Of a DNA stretch of 49,282 bases, positions 29,434-40,999 are shown piece after piece. Location of the stretch: NCBI GenBank assembly GCA_034721855.1, contig JAYENB010000187.1:1-49282 (forward strand). Direction: 5' to 3'. Numbering within the stretch: the stretch's first letter is position 1; each line of letters begins with the position of its first letter. The position numbers and the translations under genes are program-made. The notes below the pieces were generated by a model. It was not told where the DNA came from and did not search any database. It saw only the letters and a list, made by a program, of their open reading frames with translations. Origin of the DNA: Bacteroidota bacterium (GTDB lineage Bacteria > Bacteroidota > Bacteroidia > Bacteroidales > ML635J-15).

Positions 29434-32400
29434 ATGGCTTTCAAAAAAGACAAGAAAGTTACCAGTAACTTTGACAAATTATCCATCAGTTTGGCTTCAC
29501 CCGAAGATATTATGGATCGCTCTAGTGGTGAAGTTAAAAAACCAGAAACCATCAATTACCGGACATACAAACCGGAAAGGGATGGCCTGTTTTGTGAACG
29601 CATTTTTGGACCGGTAAAAGATTTTGAATGTCACTGTGGTAAATACAAAGGTATCCGCTACAAGGGAATTGTATGCGATCGCTGTGGTGTGGAAGTAACC
29701 GAGAAAAAAGTGCGCCGGGAACGTATGGGGCATATTAAACTCGAAGTGCCTGTGGCTCACATCTGGTATTTCCGTTCCCTGCCAAACAAAATTGGTTATC
29801 TGCTTGGCTTGCCTACCAAAAAAATGGATTCCATCATATATTATGAAAAATATGTGGTTATCCAGCCCGGTGTCAAAGAAAAAGATGATTTAAAGCCTCT
29901 TGACTTTTTAACGGAAGAAGAGTACCTTGATATAATTGATGCCCTGCCACAAGGAAATCAGATGCTTGAAGATGATGATCCTAACAAGTTTATCGCTAAA
30001 ATGGGTGCTGAAGCAGTATTTGATCTCTTGTCTAGGATTGACCTTGATGATCTGTCTTTCAGTTTAAGAGACAAAGCCAATAAGGAAACATCCCAGCAAC
30101 GAAAAAATGAAGCACTCAAAAGACTGAATGTGGTTGAAGCATTCAGGGCATCTAAAGAAAAAAACAGACCTGAATGGATGGTTATAAGGGTTATCCCCAT
30201 TATACCTCCTGAACTCAGGCCACTCGTGCCCCTTGATGGTGGCAGGTTTGCTACATCAGACCTTAATGATCTTTACCGACGCGTAATCATCAGAAACAAC
30301 AGGCTTAAACGCCTTATGATTATAAAAGCACCTGAAGTTATTTTACGTAATGAAAAACGCATGCTTCAGGAATCGGTTGATAGCCTATTTGATAATTCAC
30401 GTAAATCCAATGCCGTTAAAACGGATGCCAATAGGCCATTGAAATCCCTTAGCGACAGCCTGAAAGGAAAACAAGGACGTTTCCGTCAAAACCTGCTTGG
30501 AAAACGTGTTGATTATTCTGCACGTTCTGTGATTGTTGTCGGCCCTGAATTGAAACTCCATGAATGTGGTTTGCCAAAAGATATGGCAGCAGAACTTTAC
30601 AAACCTTTTGTAATCAGAAAGCTGATTGAAAGAGGCATTGTAAAAACAGTGAAATCTGCCAAGAAAATTGTTGACCGCAGAGACCCCGTGATCTGGGATA
30701 TACTGGAAAATGTATTGAAAGGACATCCGGTAATGCTAAACCGTGCACCAACACTGCACCGCTTAGGTATTCAGGCATTTCAACCAAAATTGATTGAAGG
30801 GAAAGCCATTCAGCTTCATCCCCTTGCATGTACAGCATTTAATGCTGACTTTGATGGTGACCAGATGGCTGTTCATCTTCCACTGGGCAATGCAGCCATC
30901 TTAGAAGCTCAGATACTTATGCTGGCTTCTCACAATATTCTTAATCCGGCCAATGGAGCCCCGATTACCGTGCCATCTCAGGATATGGTGCTTGGGTTAT
31001 ACTACATTACAAAAGGACGAAAAGGCTCCAAAGGCGAAGGTCTGACTTTTTACTCCCCCGAGGAAGTAAAAATCGCTTATAATGAAAAGAAAATTGCACT
31101 CAGTGCCATCATAAAAGTACGGGTGGATGATCTCGATGATGATGGAAAACTAGTTAAGAAGGTTATTGAAACCACAACCGGACGAGTGTTGTTTAATGAT
31201 ATTGCTCCGAAAGAAGTTGGGTTTATCAATGAATTGCTGACCAAAAAATCGGTGCGCGGTATCATTGCTAATGTCCTGGATAAAACAAATACAGCTGTTA
31301 CTGCTGACTTCCTTGATAACATTAAGCACATGGGATTCAACATGGCTTATAAGGGAGGACTTTCGTTTAACCTTGATGATGTTATCATCCCTGATGAAAA
31401 AGAAAGCATGATCCAGGAAGGTTATCAACAGGTTGATGAAGTGCTCAACAATTACAACATGGGTTTCATCACCAACAATGAAAGGTATAATCAGATAATT
31501 GATATCTGGACGCATACAAATGCGAAACTTACCCAGTTGGTAATGAGTAACCTGTCAAAAGACAACAATGGTTTCAATCCTGTTTATATGATGCTGGATT
31601 CAGGAGCCCGTGGATCCAAAGAGCAGATCCGTCAGTTATGCGGTATGCGCGGCTTGATGGCTAAACCTCAAAAATCAGTAGGTGCCGGACAACAAATTAT
31701 TGAAAATCCGATCCTTGCTAATTTTAAGGAAGGCTTATCTGTTCTTGAATATTTTATTTCAACACATGGTGCTCGTAAAGGCCTTGCTGATACTGCCCTC
31801 AAAACGGCTGATGCAGGTTACCTTACAAGACGCCTTGTTGATGTTTGCCAGGATGTGGTTATTTCAGAAAGAGATTGTGGTACATTAAGGGGCATTGTGG
31901 CTACAGCTATCAAAAAGAATGAAGAAATTGTAGAAAGCCTTTATGAACGTATACTGGGGCGTACTGCTGTACACGATGTTTATCATCCGCAGAGCGGAGA
32001 TATTATCATCAAATCGGGAGACCAAATTACCGAGAAAATTGCAAAAACCATTGAAGATTCTCCCATCGAAGAAGTTGAGATCAGATCGGTATTGACGTGT
32101 GAATCCAGGCGTGGTGTCTGTGCAAAATGTTATGGCCGTAACCTGGCTACTGCAAGGATGGTTCAAAAAGGGGAGGCTGTTGGCGTAATTGCAGCACAGT
32201 CAATTGGAGAACCCGGAACTCAGCTTACATTGAGGACATTCCATGTTGGTGGTGTAGCTGGTAATATTGCAGCAGAATCATCCATTACTGCCAAATATAA
32301 CGGACGCCTTGAAATTGAAGAATTACGTACTGTAACTTACAAAAGAGAAGCTGAGGATGATGTGGATATTGTCATCGGCCGCATGGCTGAAATGAAAATT

Positions 32401-33729
32401 GTGGATGACAATACCGGGATTACCCTCATGACCAATAATATTCCTTATGGTGCCAAATTGTATGTTAAGAACAATCAGAAAATTGAAAAAGGCACCAAAA
32501 TATGTGAATGGGATCCATTCAATGCTACCATTGTTAGTGAAATGAAAGGGATTTCAAGATTCGATAATCTGATCGAAGGCATCACCTATCAGGAAGATGC
32601 TGATGAACAAACCGGCTTCAGGGAAAAAGTAATTACCGAAACGAAAGACAAGAAAAAGAACCCTGAACTGGCTATTGTATCTGAAAAAGATGAGAATAAG
32701 GTACTTAAAAATTATAACTTGCCGGTCGGCGCTCATCTTGCCGTGAAAGAAGGGGATAAGCTTATTGCCGGACAAACCATCGCAAAAATACCGAGGAATG
32801 TAAGTAAGGGTGGTGATATTACTGGTGGTTTGCCACGTGTAACTGAGCTTTTTGAAGCTCGTAACCCATCTAACCCGGCAGTCGTTTCTGAAATTAACGG
32901 TCAGGTTGAATTTGGTAAAATCAAACGTGGTAACCGTGAGATCATCGTTACTTCAAAAGATGGTGATGTGAAAAAATATCTTGTTCCGCTGACAAAACAA
33001 ATACTTGTTCAGGAAGGCGATTATATCAGAGCAGGTACTTCGTTGTCTGATGGGATTACTACGCCTGCTGATATCCTTAATATTGAAGGGCCGACAAAAG
33101 TTCAGGAATACATTGTCAATGAAGTACAGGAAGTGTACAGGTTACAGGGTGTGAAAATCAACGATAAACATTTTGAAGTGGTAGTCAAACAAATGATGCG
33201 TAAAGTCATTATTGAAGATGCAGGTGACACACAATTCCTGGAAAAACAAATTGTTGATAAATGGAAATTCCGTGAAATTAACGATGAAATTTACGGTATG
33301 CAGGTGATCGAAGATAATGGTGATTCAGCTAACCTGAAAGCAGGTCAAATTATAACAGCCCGCAGGCTTCGTGATGAAAATTCACACCTTAAAAGGCGAG
33401 ACCTTAAGCTTGTCAGGGCAAGACCGGCAGTGCCGGCAACATCACGTCAGGCATTACAGGGTATTACACGGGCAGCACTGCAAACAGAGAGTTTTATGTC
33501 GGCAGCTTCATTCCAGGAAACCAACAAAGTACTCAACGAAGCAGCCATCAAGGGCAAAGATGACCTGTTGCTCGGATTGAAAGAAAATGTGATTGTCGGT
33601 CATTTGATTCCTGCTGGTAGCGGATTGAAAGAGTATGACAAAATCCTTGTCGGTAATAAATCTGAATTGCAAAAACTGCAGGAAAGCAGTGAAGCAACAG
33701 AAGAAGATGATTCCGAATCAACAAAATGA
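29434..33729 (+). CDS. rpoC: RNA polymerase beta' subunit
   Basis: NADFDGD, Zn finger, GEPGTQLT; start at ATG 29434. Confidence 0.99.
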   Translation: MAFKKDKKVTSNFDKLSISLASPEDIMDRSSGEVKKPETINYRTYKPERDGLFCERIFGPVKDFECHCGKYKGIRYKGIVCDRCGVEVTEKKVRRERMGHIKLEVPVAHIWYFRSLPNKIGYLLGLPTKKMDSIIYYEKYVVIQPGVKEKDDLKPLDFLTEEEYLDIIDALPQGNQMLEDDDPNKFIAKMGAEAVFDLLSRIDLDDLSFSLRDKANKETSQQRKNEALKRLNVVEAFRASKEKNRPEWMVIRVIPIIPPELRPLVPLDGGRFATSDLNDLYRRVIIRNNRLKRLMIIKAPEVILRNEKRMLQESVDSLFDNSRKSNAVKTDANRPLKSLSDSLKGKQGRFRQNLLGKRVDYSARSVIVVGPELKLHECGLPKDMAAELYKPFVIRKLIERGIVKTVKSAKKIVDRRDPVIWDILENVLKGHPVMLNRAPTLHRLGIQAFQPKLIEGKAIQLHPLACTAFNADFDGDQMAVHLPLGNAAILEAQILMLASHNILNPANGAPITVPSQDMVLGLYYITKGRKGSKGEGLTFYSPEEVKIAYNEKKIALSAIIKVRVDDLDDDGKLVKKVIETTTGRVLFNDIAPKEVGFINELLTKKSVRGIIANVLDKTNTAVTADFLDNIKHMGFNMAYKGGLSFNLDDVIIPDEKESMIQEGYQQVDEVLNNYNMGFITNNERYNQIIDIWTHTNAKLTQLVMSNLSKDNNGFNPVYMMLDSGARGSKEQIRQLCGMRGLMAKPQKSVGAGQQIIENPILANFKEGLSVLEYFISTHGARKGLADTALKTADAGYLTRRLVDVCQDVVISERDCGTLRGIVATAIKKNEEIVESLYERILGRTAVHDVYHPQSGDIIIKSGDQITEKIAKTIEDSPIEEVEIRSVLTCESRRGVCAKCYGRNLATARMVQKGEAVGVIAAQSIGEPGTQLTLRTFHVGGVAGNIAAESSITAKYNGRLEIEELRTVTYKREAEDDVDIVIGRMAEMKIVDDNTGITLMTNNIPYGAKLYVKNNQKIEKGTKICEWDPFNATIVSEMKGISRFDNLIEGITYQEDADEQTGFREKVITETKDKKKNPELAIVSEKDENKVLKNYNLPVGAHLAVKEGDKLIAGQTIAKIPRNVSKGGDITGGLPRVTELFEARNPSNPAVVSEINGQVEFGKIKRGNREIIVTSKDGDVKKYLVPLTKQILVQEGDYIRAGTSLSDGITTPADILNIEGPTKVQEYIVNEVQEVYRLQGVKINDKHFEVVVKQMMRKVIIEDAGDTQFLEKQIVDKWKFREINDEIYGMQVIEDNGDSANLKAGQIITARRLRDENSHLKRRDLKLVRARPAVPATSRQALQGITRAALQTESFMSAASFQETNKVLNEAAIKGKDDLLLGLKENVIVGHLIPAGSGLKEYDKILVGNKSELQKLQESSEATEEDDSESTK

Positions 33730-33795
33730 GGTGTTAGGGGTTAGGTTATGAGATATCTTAAACACCTAACCCCTAACCCCCTAACACCTCATTTT
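33723..33795. repeat. Heptamer-repeat (TTAGGGG/CCCCTAA) hairpin overlapping the rpoC stop; may act as terminator
   Basis: Perfect 18-bp IR 33723-33740 / 33778-33795. Confidence 0.75.
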
Positions 33796-33841
33796 TCTGT
33801 CAAAATATATCACAGAATAATCTTTAAAACAATAATATCTT

Positions 33842-34165
33842 ATGGAACAACAGCAAGACAAAAATAAACAGTTGAATATTGAATTGGATGAAAAAACAGC
33901 ACAGGGAACCTATGCTAACCTGGCTGTTATATCACATTCAAGTTCGGAATTTATTGTCGATTTCATCAGGATTATGCCCGGTGTGCCAAAAGCACCTGTA
34001 AAATCCAGGATTGTGCTTACGCCTGAACATGCCAAGAGATTGATGAATGCCCTTCAGGGTAACATCAAAAAATACGAGAGTGTTCACGGTGAAATTAAGA
34101 TCAAAGGCGGACACACCCCACCAAAAATGCCTATGAATTTTGGTGGCCCCACTGCTGAAGCTTAA
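33842..34165 (+). CDS. DUF3467 domain protein
   Basis: GTYANLAVISHSSSEFIVDF...SRIVLTPEHAKRL; usual position after rpoC in Bacteroidota. Confidence 0.9.
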   Translation: MEQQQDKNKQLNIELDEKTAQGTYANLAVISHSSSEFIVDFIRIMPGVPKAPVKSRIVLTPEHAKRLMNALQGNIKKYESVHGEIKIKGGHTPPKMPMNFGGPTAEA

Positions 34166-34206
34166 TTTTCTTATTTAGTGCGTGTTCATAGTGTCTTTAT
34201 ATTTTG

Positions 34207-34331
34207 AGAGTCTGAACTAGAAAGTTCGCTGGCAAGGCTTGCGAAGTCTGAAAATACCGGAGTTTACTTTTGTAAATGAGGATTTTTCAGACGAGTATAA
34301 CGCAGCCAGCGGACTTTATAGACAGACTCTA
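34207..34331 (+). mobile_element. MITE-like element, copy B, with a structured AAGGC...AACGCAG core
   Basis: Imperfect TIR agagtctgaactagaaagt / actttatagacagactct; nested stems; extra TIR-like stub at 34176-34195. Confidence 0.7.
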
Positions 34332-36176
34332 TTTATTCATACGCTCGAGGAACTGGTGCAGGACAATCAATAACCAAAGGCGGTTATAAAGGTAATCTGT
34401 GCCATTCATATAGTTATCAATCATTTCTTTTACCGGGGGATAATTAATGACGTTGTGTTTTTCAATCACATCCTTTGACAGGTAATCCTTAATCAGGTAA
34501 CTGTGTTCATCGCGTAACCATTCCTTTAATGGCAGTGCAAATCCGGATTTTGGCCTGTCAAATAACGATTCGGGAACATGTTGAAATAATATCTCTTTTA
34601 ACAGGTATTTTTTCGTGTTTCGGCGTACTTTGAGTTTGGGATCCAGATTAAGTGCAAATTCAACAATGCGATGATCCAGCAAAGGAACTCTTGCTTCAAG
34701 GCTGTATCGCATGCTGGCCCGGTCCAGCTTTACCAGCAGGTCATCTTTCAGGTAATACCGCAAATCAAAAACAGCCTGATTTTCACCGGCAGATAAATGC
34801 CTGACAAAATAACTATGATCTTCCTGCAGGTTGATTTCTTCAGTAAAGTTATCAACCAGTATTTTTTCAATTTCTGCCCTGCTGAAAAAATATTGTTCCT
34901 GCGAAAATATGTGGGATTTCAATTTGGCTTTTTGATCAAAATCAAACAAATGGGATACACGCTGATGGCGGTCTGACATTTTGGATAATCCGTATTTTAT
35001 GGGCTGTCTCATACCACGTAACAGGGGATTCGAAAGCCGCTTTGCCCAGGTATATGCACCGTAACCATGAAACAGTTCATCTCCACCATCACCCGACAAG
35101 ACAACACTGACGTCTTTTTTTGCAAACCTTGATAATAACATAGTGGGTATCGCTGATGAATCAGCGTAAGGCTCATCGTAATAATTCAGAATGTCCGGAA
35201 TCATATCACGGGCTTCATCTTTGGACACAATATGTTCATGATGATTTGTCCCTAAATGTTTGGCCACTTTCCTGGCATATTCAGCCTCATTATATTCATT
35301 CTCTTTAAAACCAATTGAAAAGGTATTGAGTTTTCCTTGTGTATGTTTTTGTGCAAACGCTGTGACCAGGCTTGAATCTATGCCTCCGCTTAACAAACTT
35401 CCAAAAGGGACATCACTGATAAGACGTGATTCTACAGAATTGTCTATCAGTTCTGTTAACCTGCTTTTAGCATCTTTGTGATTATCAATCAAATTCCGGC
35501 GGATGGCTCCTTCAATCATCCAGTATGCTTCAATACGAAGTCCGTTTTCATCCAGAATACCCAAATGCCCAGAGGGAAATTTTCTGATTTTACGGTAAAT
35601 GGTATCCGGCTCAGGGATATAGCCAAGATGTAAATATTCATTGATAGCCAGGCTGTTGATTGTCAAATTTTGTTTTATGTTGTTTACCTGAAGTAAAGCC
35701 TTCAATTCAGATGCAAACACAAAATGATCACCATCCCAGTAGTAATACAGAGGTTTTATACCGACTCTGTCTCTGAACAAATACAATATTTTTTCCTGTT
35801 TATCATAAATGGCCAGGGCAAACATCCCGTTCAGTTTATTGACAAAGGTTACGCCCCATTCTTCAAACGCTTCAATAATGATTTCTGTATCACTTCTGGT
35901 TCTGAATGTAACATCCAATTCTGCCGCAATATCCCTGAAATTATATATCTCACCGTTATATACACAGGTATAACGCCTTGAGTGAGATTCCATGGGCTGA
36001 TTTGCATTATCAGATAAATCCAGTATGCTCAGACGTTTGTGTGCAAAACCGGCATGACTGTCACAATAAAACCCTTCAGCATCAGGGCCCCTGTGTTTCA
36101 TTGATTCTGCCATAAGGTGCATTTCCTCCTCTGTAACAAACGAGTCAGATGCATAATATCCAGCTATTCCGCACAT
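34329..36176 (-). CDS. asnB: Asparagine synthase (glutamine-hydrolysing) family amidotransferase
   Basis: MCGIAG (Ntn Cys), HRGPD, NGEIYN, LSGGIDSS, SGDGGDE. Confidence 0.93.
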   Translation of the reverse strand: MCGIAGYYASDSFVTEEEMHLMAESMKHRGPDAEGFYCDSHAGFAHKRLSILDLSDNANQPMESHSRRYTCVYNGEIYNFRDIAAELDVTFRTRSDTEIIIEAFEEWGVTFVNKLNGMFALAIYDKQEKILYLFRDRVGIKPLYYYWDGDHFVFASELKALLQVNNIKQNLTINSLAINEYLHLGYIPEPDTIYRKIRKFPSGHLGILDENGLRIEAYWMIEGAIRRNLIDNHKDAKSRLTELIDNSVESRLISDVPFGSLLSGGIDSSLVTAFAQKHTQGKLNTFSIGFKENEYNEAEYARKVAKHLGTNHHEHIVSKDEARDMIPDILNYYDEPYADSSAIPTMLLSRFAKKDVSVVLSGDGGDELFHGYGAYTWAKRLSNPLLRGMRQPIKYGLSKMSDRHQRVSHLFDFDQKAKLKSHIFSQEQYFFSRAEIEKILVDNFTEEINLQEDHSYFVRHLSAGENQAVFDLRYYLKDDLLVKLDRASMRYSLEARVPLLDHRIVEFALNLDPKLKVRRNTKKYLLKEILFQHVPESLFDRPKSGFALPLKEWLRDEHSYLIKDYLSKDVIEKHNVINYPPVKEMIDNYMNGTDYLYNRLWLLIVLHQFLERMNK

Positions 36177-36244
36177 AATTTCTTTTTCTTGATGAACAAA
36201 TGTAATAAATATCGCATCATGCAAACATGAAAACCAATTTTATA

Positions 36245-36964
36245 TCAGGGTTTTTGTAATTGGCGTTTGTACATTTGAATGGTGTTTTCCAGGCCATAAT
36301 ACAACGCGTCAGAAATCAATGCATGCCCAATGGAGACTTCAGCCAAATCCGGTATGTTTGTGTTGAAAAAAGCCAGGTTATCAAGGCTCAGGTCGTGACC
36401 GGCATTGATGCCCAGTCCAAGTTGGGATGCAAGTTTAGCTGCCTCAACAAATGGCCTGACAGCATGTGCTTTGTCATTATGATAGTTGACAGCATAGGCC
36501 TCTGTGTACAATTCTATCCGGTCGGTTCCTGTTTTTGCCGCGTAATTAATCATATCAGGATCAGCATCTACAAAAATAGAAATTCTGCAGCCAAATGGTT
36601 TTAGATGCTTGATGGCTTCAGTTAGGAAATCAACATTTTCCCTGGTATTCCAACCGGTATTCGATGTGACAGCTTCCGGAGGGTCAGGAACAAGGGTTAC
36701 CTGATCTGGCTTTACCTCCTCAATCAGTTGCAAAAAAGTTTCAGAAGGATACCCTTCAATATTGTATTCCGTTTGTATGTGAGGGCGAATGGCGAATATG
36801 TCGCTTCTCCGGATGTGCCTTTCATCGGGCCTGGGATGTACTGTTATGCCATCTGCTCCATAAGCTTCACAACGTATGGCAGCTTGTAATACATCAGGGG
36901 TATTTCCGCCCCTGGCATTCCGCAATGTGGCTATTTTATTGATGTTAACACTTAATCTTGTCAT
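36245..36964 (-). CDS. pdxJ: Pyridoxine 5'-phosphate synthase
   Basis: [37 protein letters not shown]. Confidence 0.98.
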   Translation of the reverse strand: MTRLSVNINKIATLRNARGGNTPDVLQAAIRCEAYGADGITVHPRPDERHIRRSDIFAIRPHIQTEYNIEGYPSETFLQLIEEVKPDQVTLVPDPPEAVTSNTGWNTRENVDFLTEAIKHLKPFGCRISIFVDADPDMINYAAKTGTDRIELYTEAYAVNYHNDKAHAVRPFVEAAKLASQLGLGINAGHDLSLDNLAFFNTNIPDLAEVSIGHALISDALYYGLENTIQMYKRQLQKP

Positions 36965-37037
36965 TTTTTTGTATTTTTCTTACAAATATATATTATCTTT
37001 ATCATGTATGAAATTTTAACCATGAAAATAAATTTTT

Positions 37038-37706
37038 ATGTATGCTAATGAACTCATATCTTCACTGATCCCGGAAGTTAAAACGTCTGACACAGGCAAT
37101 AAAGTGTTGTCCTGGATGGAATTTTTCAAAGTATCTCACATGCCCATCGTAAACAATGAGGATTTCCTGGGTCTGATATCTGAATCTGATATTTACAATT
37201 TGAATTGTGGAAAAGAGCCCATCGGAAATCATAAGTTAAGTCTGATCAGACCTTTTGTAACTGAAAATCAACACTTATGGGAAGTTGTAGATTTAACTGC
37301 GAAACTAAAACTAAGCATTATTCCGGTGCTTTCAGAAACATCGAAAACATACCTGGGGGCCATTACTTTAACTGATTTGGTTCAGCATTTTGCCAGGATT
37401 ACATGCGCTGAAGTAAGAGGCACTGTGATGGTACTGGAAATGGGGGTGCATGATTATGCGTTGAGTGAAATCGCAAGAATTGCAGAAGAAAACAACACCA
37501 AAATTGTAAGTCTTTATGTTTCCGGCACAAAAGACAGCATGAAAATCTATGTCACAATTAAATTTGATACTACCGATATCAATCCAATCATTCATAGTTT
37601 TAATCGTTATGACTACAACATCAAAGCTTCATTTATGATTGATGATGATGTAAATTCTATGTACAGAGACAGATATGAGTTGTTTTTAAGTTATTTAAAC
37701 GTTTAA
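37038..37706 (+). CDS. CBS-pair plus ACT-like domain protein
   Basis: HMPIVNN..FLGLISE; conserved before nadK in Bacteroidota. Confidence 0.88.
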   Translation: MYANELISSLIPEVKTSDTGNKVLSWMEFFKVSHMPIVNNEDFLGLISESDIYNLNCGKEPIGNHKLSLIRPFVTENQHLWEVVDLTAKLKLSIIPVLSETSKTYLGAITLTDLVQHFARITCAEVRGTVMVLEMGVHDYALSEIARIAEENNTKIVSLYVSGTKDSMKIYVTIKFDTTDINPIIHSFNRYDYNIKASFMIDDDVNSMYRDRYELFLSYLNV

Positions 37707-39103
37707 TGAGCAAAATACGCTTCATTATCATTGTGCTTGTCTTTTTCACTGTGGTGTCAAATGCGTACTCACAAACCATCAAATCACTCAATATCAGGGG
37801 TAATCACACCACAGATTCCTCAATAATTATCCGTGAATTGAGTTTCTCTGTTGGAGACAGCATTGCCCATGATAGCTGGCCTGAAGCGATCAGCAACGCT
37901 GAGGAAAACCTTATGAATACGTCTTTGTTTGTGTTTGTTGAGATAACCTGGTCAGAACAAACCGATGGGATGGATGTAACGGTGCATGTTAAAGAAAGAT
38001 GGTATTACTGGATATATCCGATCCTGGAACACGCTGACAGAAATTTAAGTGCGTTTTTTCATAATGCTGACTGGAAAAAAATCAATTACGGCCTGAGTTT
38101 TGAAAAACACAATCTTTTTGGCAGAAATCAATTTTTAAAGCTTAAGGCGCGTTTTGGATACCGGGAACAAATGGGCATATTGTATGAAAATCCCGGCATT
38201 GATAATGCGAACATACACGGTTTTCAAGTCTATGCTGACCGCTTCATGCAACGGCAGGTGGCCGTTATGGACATCAATGATAAGCCGGAGTATTTTTACC
38301 ATCCTGATCTGACCGTTTTATATGAAGACAGAGCCGGCTTTGTTTACATTGCCCGTCCTGCAATACATCACAGGCTGAGGTTTTTCGGAGAATACCATCG
38401 TTATGAAATCTCTGACAGCCTCTATGATGTTTATCCTGTTTTTCTCTACAATGCAGAACAGGAATCTGATTTTATTAAGCTTGCATTGCAGTATGAATGG
38501 GATGAAAGAGATGACAGGTTTTTTCCTACCCAAGGGTTTTTGGTGTTATCAGAAATTCAAAATCAACAACCGGCGATGGATTTTCAAAAGCGCCCTTTTT
38601 TAACATCAAAAATACAATTGCATTTTTATCATGCGTTCACAGAAAGAATGCATTATGCATTTGAAACAAACGGCTTATGGAAAATGACAAACACAAGCCG
38701 GCTTCCTTATCATTTGTCAGGGATAATGGGATACGACTATTATCCTCGTGGATTTGAATACCATACGATTCACGGAACAGGATTGATAAATATCAATCAG
38801 ACATTAAGGTATAAGTTGTTTTCCCGGGAAAAAGTAAACATCCCGTTTATTCCGGTAAACGCTTTCGATGAATTGTATTACGATGTTTATTTATATGCAT
38901 TTTGGGACAATGCCAAAACCTGGTACGATAAAAATTATGGCACCGAAAATGAATTGCCGGGTGGCTTTTTGACAAGCACAGGGGCAGGTATTGAATGTCA
39001 TACTTATTATGACAGGAGTTTTGGGTGCCATGTTGCCTTTACAAATCACAATGCTTTTGGTATATTTGTCTGGTTTTATTCACCACTGTATAAAATTTAT
39101 TGA
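37706..39103 (+). CDS. Single-POTRA Omp85/TamA-like outer-membrane protein
   Basis: Signal peptide; IRGNHTTDSSIIIREL POTRA; VKERWY; (P)RGFEY motif; aromatic beta strands. Confidence 0.78.
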   Translation: MSKIRFIIIVLVFFTVVSNAYSQTIKSLNIRGNHTTDSSIIIRELSFSVGDSIAHDSWPEAISNAEENLMNTSLFVFVEITWSEQTDGMDVTVHVKERWYYWIYPILEHADRNLSAFFHNADWKKINYGLSFEKHNLFGRNQFLKLKARFGYREQMGILYENPGIDNANIHGFQVYADRFMQRQVAVMDINDKPEYFYHPDLTVLYEDRAGFVYIARPAIHHRLRFFGEYHRYEISDSLYDVYPVFLYNAEQESDFIKLALQYEWDERDDRFFPTQGFLVLSEIQNQQPAMDFQKRPFLTSKIQLHFYHAFTERMHYAFETNGLWKMTNTSRLPYHLSGIMGYDYYPRGFEYHTIHGTGLININQTLRYKLFSREKVNIPFIPVNAFDELYYDVYLYAFWDNAKTWYDKNYGTENELPGGFLTSTGAGIECHTYYDRSFGCHVAFTNHNAFGIFVWFYSPLYKIY

Positions 39104-39107
39104 TGAT

Positions 39108-39992
39108 ATGAAAATTGCAATTTACGGCCGGCGTTTCAATCAATCCTTCAATGGAAGCATCATTCAGATCTTTGAGATGCTAAAAAAAAATAAGATTAAA
39201 TTCTGTATATACCGGCCTTTTGCGACCTTTATCAAGGAAAAATTGGCTTATGAGCCGGCTTGTGAAGGCTTATTCAATCACCCCGCAGATGACTGGAATG
39301 ACATTGATATGGTATTTTCAATTGGTGGCGACGGAACTTTTCTTGAAACGGTAAACATGATCAAAGACAAAGGAATACCCATCCTGGGAATCAATAGTGG
39401 GAGACTGGGATTTCTGTCATACGTTTCAAAAAATGAAATCCCGCGTGCCCTTGAACAGGTTTTACAAGGAGAATATAAGATGGAGCAGCGCTCCCTACTG
39501 GAAACACATACCGAAATGGATGATTTCGGTGACAATAATTTTGCGATGAACGAAATAGCATTGCAAAAACATGTTAGCCCATCCATGATAAAAATAAATG
39601 CTTTTTATGATGATGAATTAATCAACACATACTGGTCTGATGGTTTAATTGTGAGTACACCTACAGGCAGTTCTGCCTATTCATTGAGTTGCGGCGGCCC
39701 CATTGTGCATCCCAACAGCAATAATTTTGTTATTACACCCATTGCTCCGCACAATTTAACTGTACGCCCTTTGGTGATTTCTGACGAGGGCACAATTAAG
39801 CTAAAACTTGAAGGTACTCAAAAATCTGCAAAACTTAGTCTTGATTACAGGTCAGTACACCGCACATTTTTTGAGGAAATAATCATAAAAAAGGCAAATT
39901 TTTCGATTAATCTTGTAAAATTGTTTAATAATAATTATTTTAGCACTTTACAAAAAAAGCTGATGTGGGGAGTGGATATGAGAAATTATTAA
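39108..39992 (+). CDS. nadK: NAD kinase
   Basis: GGDGTFL, GINSGRLGFL, NE, DGLIVSTPTGSSAYSLSCGG. Confidence 0.96.
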   Translation: MKIAIYGRRFNQSFNGSIIQIFEMLKKNKIKFCIYRPFATFIKEKLAYEPACEGLFNHPADDWNDIDMVFSIGGDGTFLETVNMIKDKGIPILGINSGRLGFLSYVSKNEIPRALEQVLQGEYKMEQRSLLETHTEMDDFGDNNFAMNEIALQKHVSPSMIKINAFYDDELINTYWSDGLIVSTPTGSSAYSLSCGGPIVHPNSNNFVITPIAPHNLTVRPLVISDEGTIKLKLEGTQKSAKLSLDYRSVHRTFFEEIIIKKANFSINLVKLFNNNYFSTLQKKLMWGVDMRNY

Positions 39993-40035
39993 TGTCCTCA
40001 CATTCAGTTAGTAAAGTTTGTTAAAAACAAATAAT

Positions 40036-40926
40036 ATGAAACGACTACTCATTGCACTTGCTTTACTTGGGCTATTTTCAGGAACAGTCAATGCTCAATA
40101 TGGTTCGCAATGGCGTAAATTAAGACAGGAAGTTTTCTTAGGCATAGGAGGCACCAATTTTCTTGGTGAACTGGGTGGTTCTGATTGTTGCGAAGGATCC
40201 CATTTTGTCAAGGATTACGAAATATTATATACCCGCCCTCTGGTCTATGCCGGATACAGATATAAACTAAGTAAATCCTTTTCCGTAAAAGGGACAGGCG
40301 CTTTTGGCTGGGTATTTGGTGATGATGCCACAACCGATGAAATTCACAGGCATGCCAGAAATCTGTCTTTCCGTTCTCCGCTTGCTGAAGTTGGTGCACA
40401 TATCGAATATCATATTCTTAAAGAACAATTCGGTCACAAGTATGATTTGCGACGCAACAGGGGACAGCAAAATTCACCAAGTTTATATATTTTTACCGGG
40501 ATTAATGGTTTTTGGTTTAACCCCAAAGGCCAATATACTGACGGGGAATGGTATGCATTACAACCACTTGGAACAGAAGGTCAGAATCACGTTGCCACTC
40601 GTGAACCGTATCAAAGGATTTCATGGTCTGTTCCCATTGGTTTTGGTATGAATTTTTTACTTGACCGAAACTGGGGGGTTGGTTTTGAACTAGGTGCACG
40701 ATATACAGGAACTGATTATATTGATGATGTGAGTACAACTTATGTAGATCCCAATCTTTTTGATGATCCGATAGCCAGGTTTTTCGCTGACAGATCGGAC
40801 GACTGGTATGGAGCAGCGGTATATAACCAGCGTGGTAATTCAAATTACAACGATGCTTATGTGTTTATTACACTCAATGTGTCTTATAAATTACGCCCCA
40901 AAGGACCAAGTGTCCCAAAATTCTAA
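40036..40926 (+). CDS. DUF6089-like outer-membrane beta-barrel (PorG paralog)
   Basis: Signal peptide; NFLGELGG, RNLSFRS, TDYIDDVS. Confidence 0.75.
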   Translation: MKRLLIALALLGLFSGTVNAQYGSQWRKLRQEVFLGIGGTNFLGELGGSDCCEGSHFVKDYEILYTRPLVYAGYRYKLSKSFSVKGTGAFGWVFGDDATTDEIHRHARNLSFRSPLAEVGAHIEYHILKEQFGHKYDLRRNRGQQNSPSLYIFTGINGFWFNPKGQYTDGEWYALQPLGTEGQNHVATREPYQRISWSVPIGFGMNFLLDRNWGVGFELGARYTGTDYIDDVSTTYVDPNLFDDPIARFFADRSDDWYGAAVYNQRGNSNYNDAYVFITLNVSYKLRPKGPSVPKF

Positions 40927-40999
40927 TTATTTTGTTTCTGTTGATACTATTTTGTTTCGTTGCTCGTTAGCATAACAATTCTTTTCTGGAAATTTTCTT

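Noticed and set aside
25600-33729. Inteins, splits or rifampicin-resistance changes in rpoB/rpoC
   Set aside because: Lengths are normal for Bacteroidota; the rifampicin cluster ([22 protein letters not shown]) keeps the canonical D, H and S
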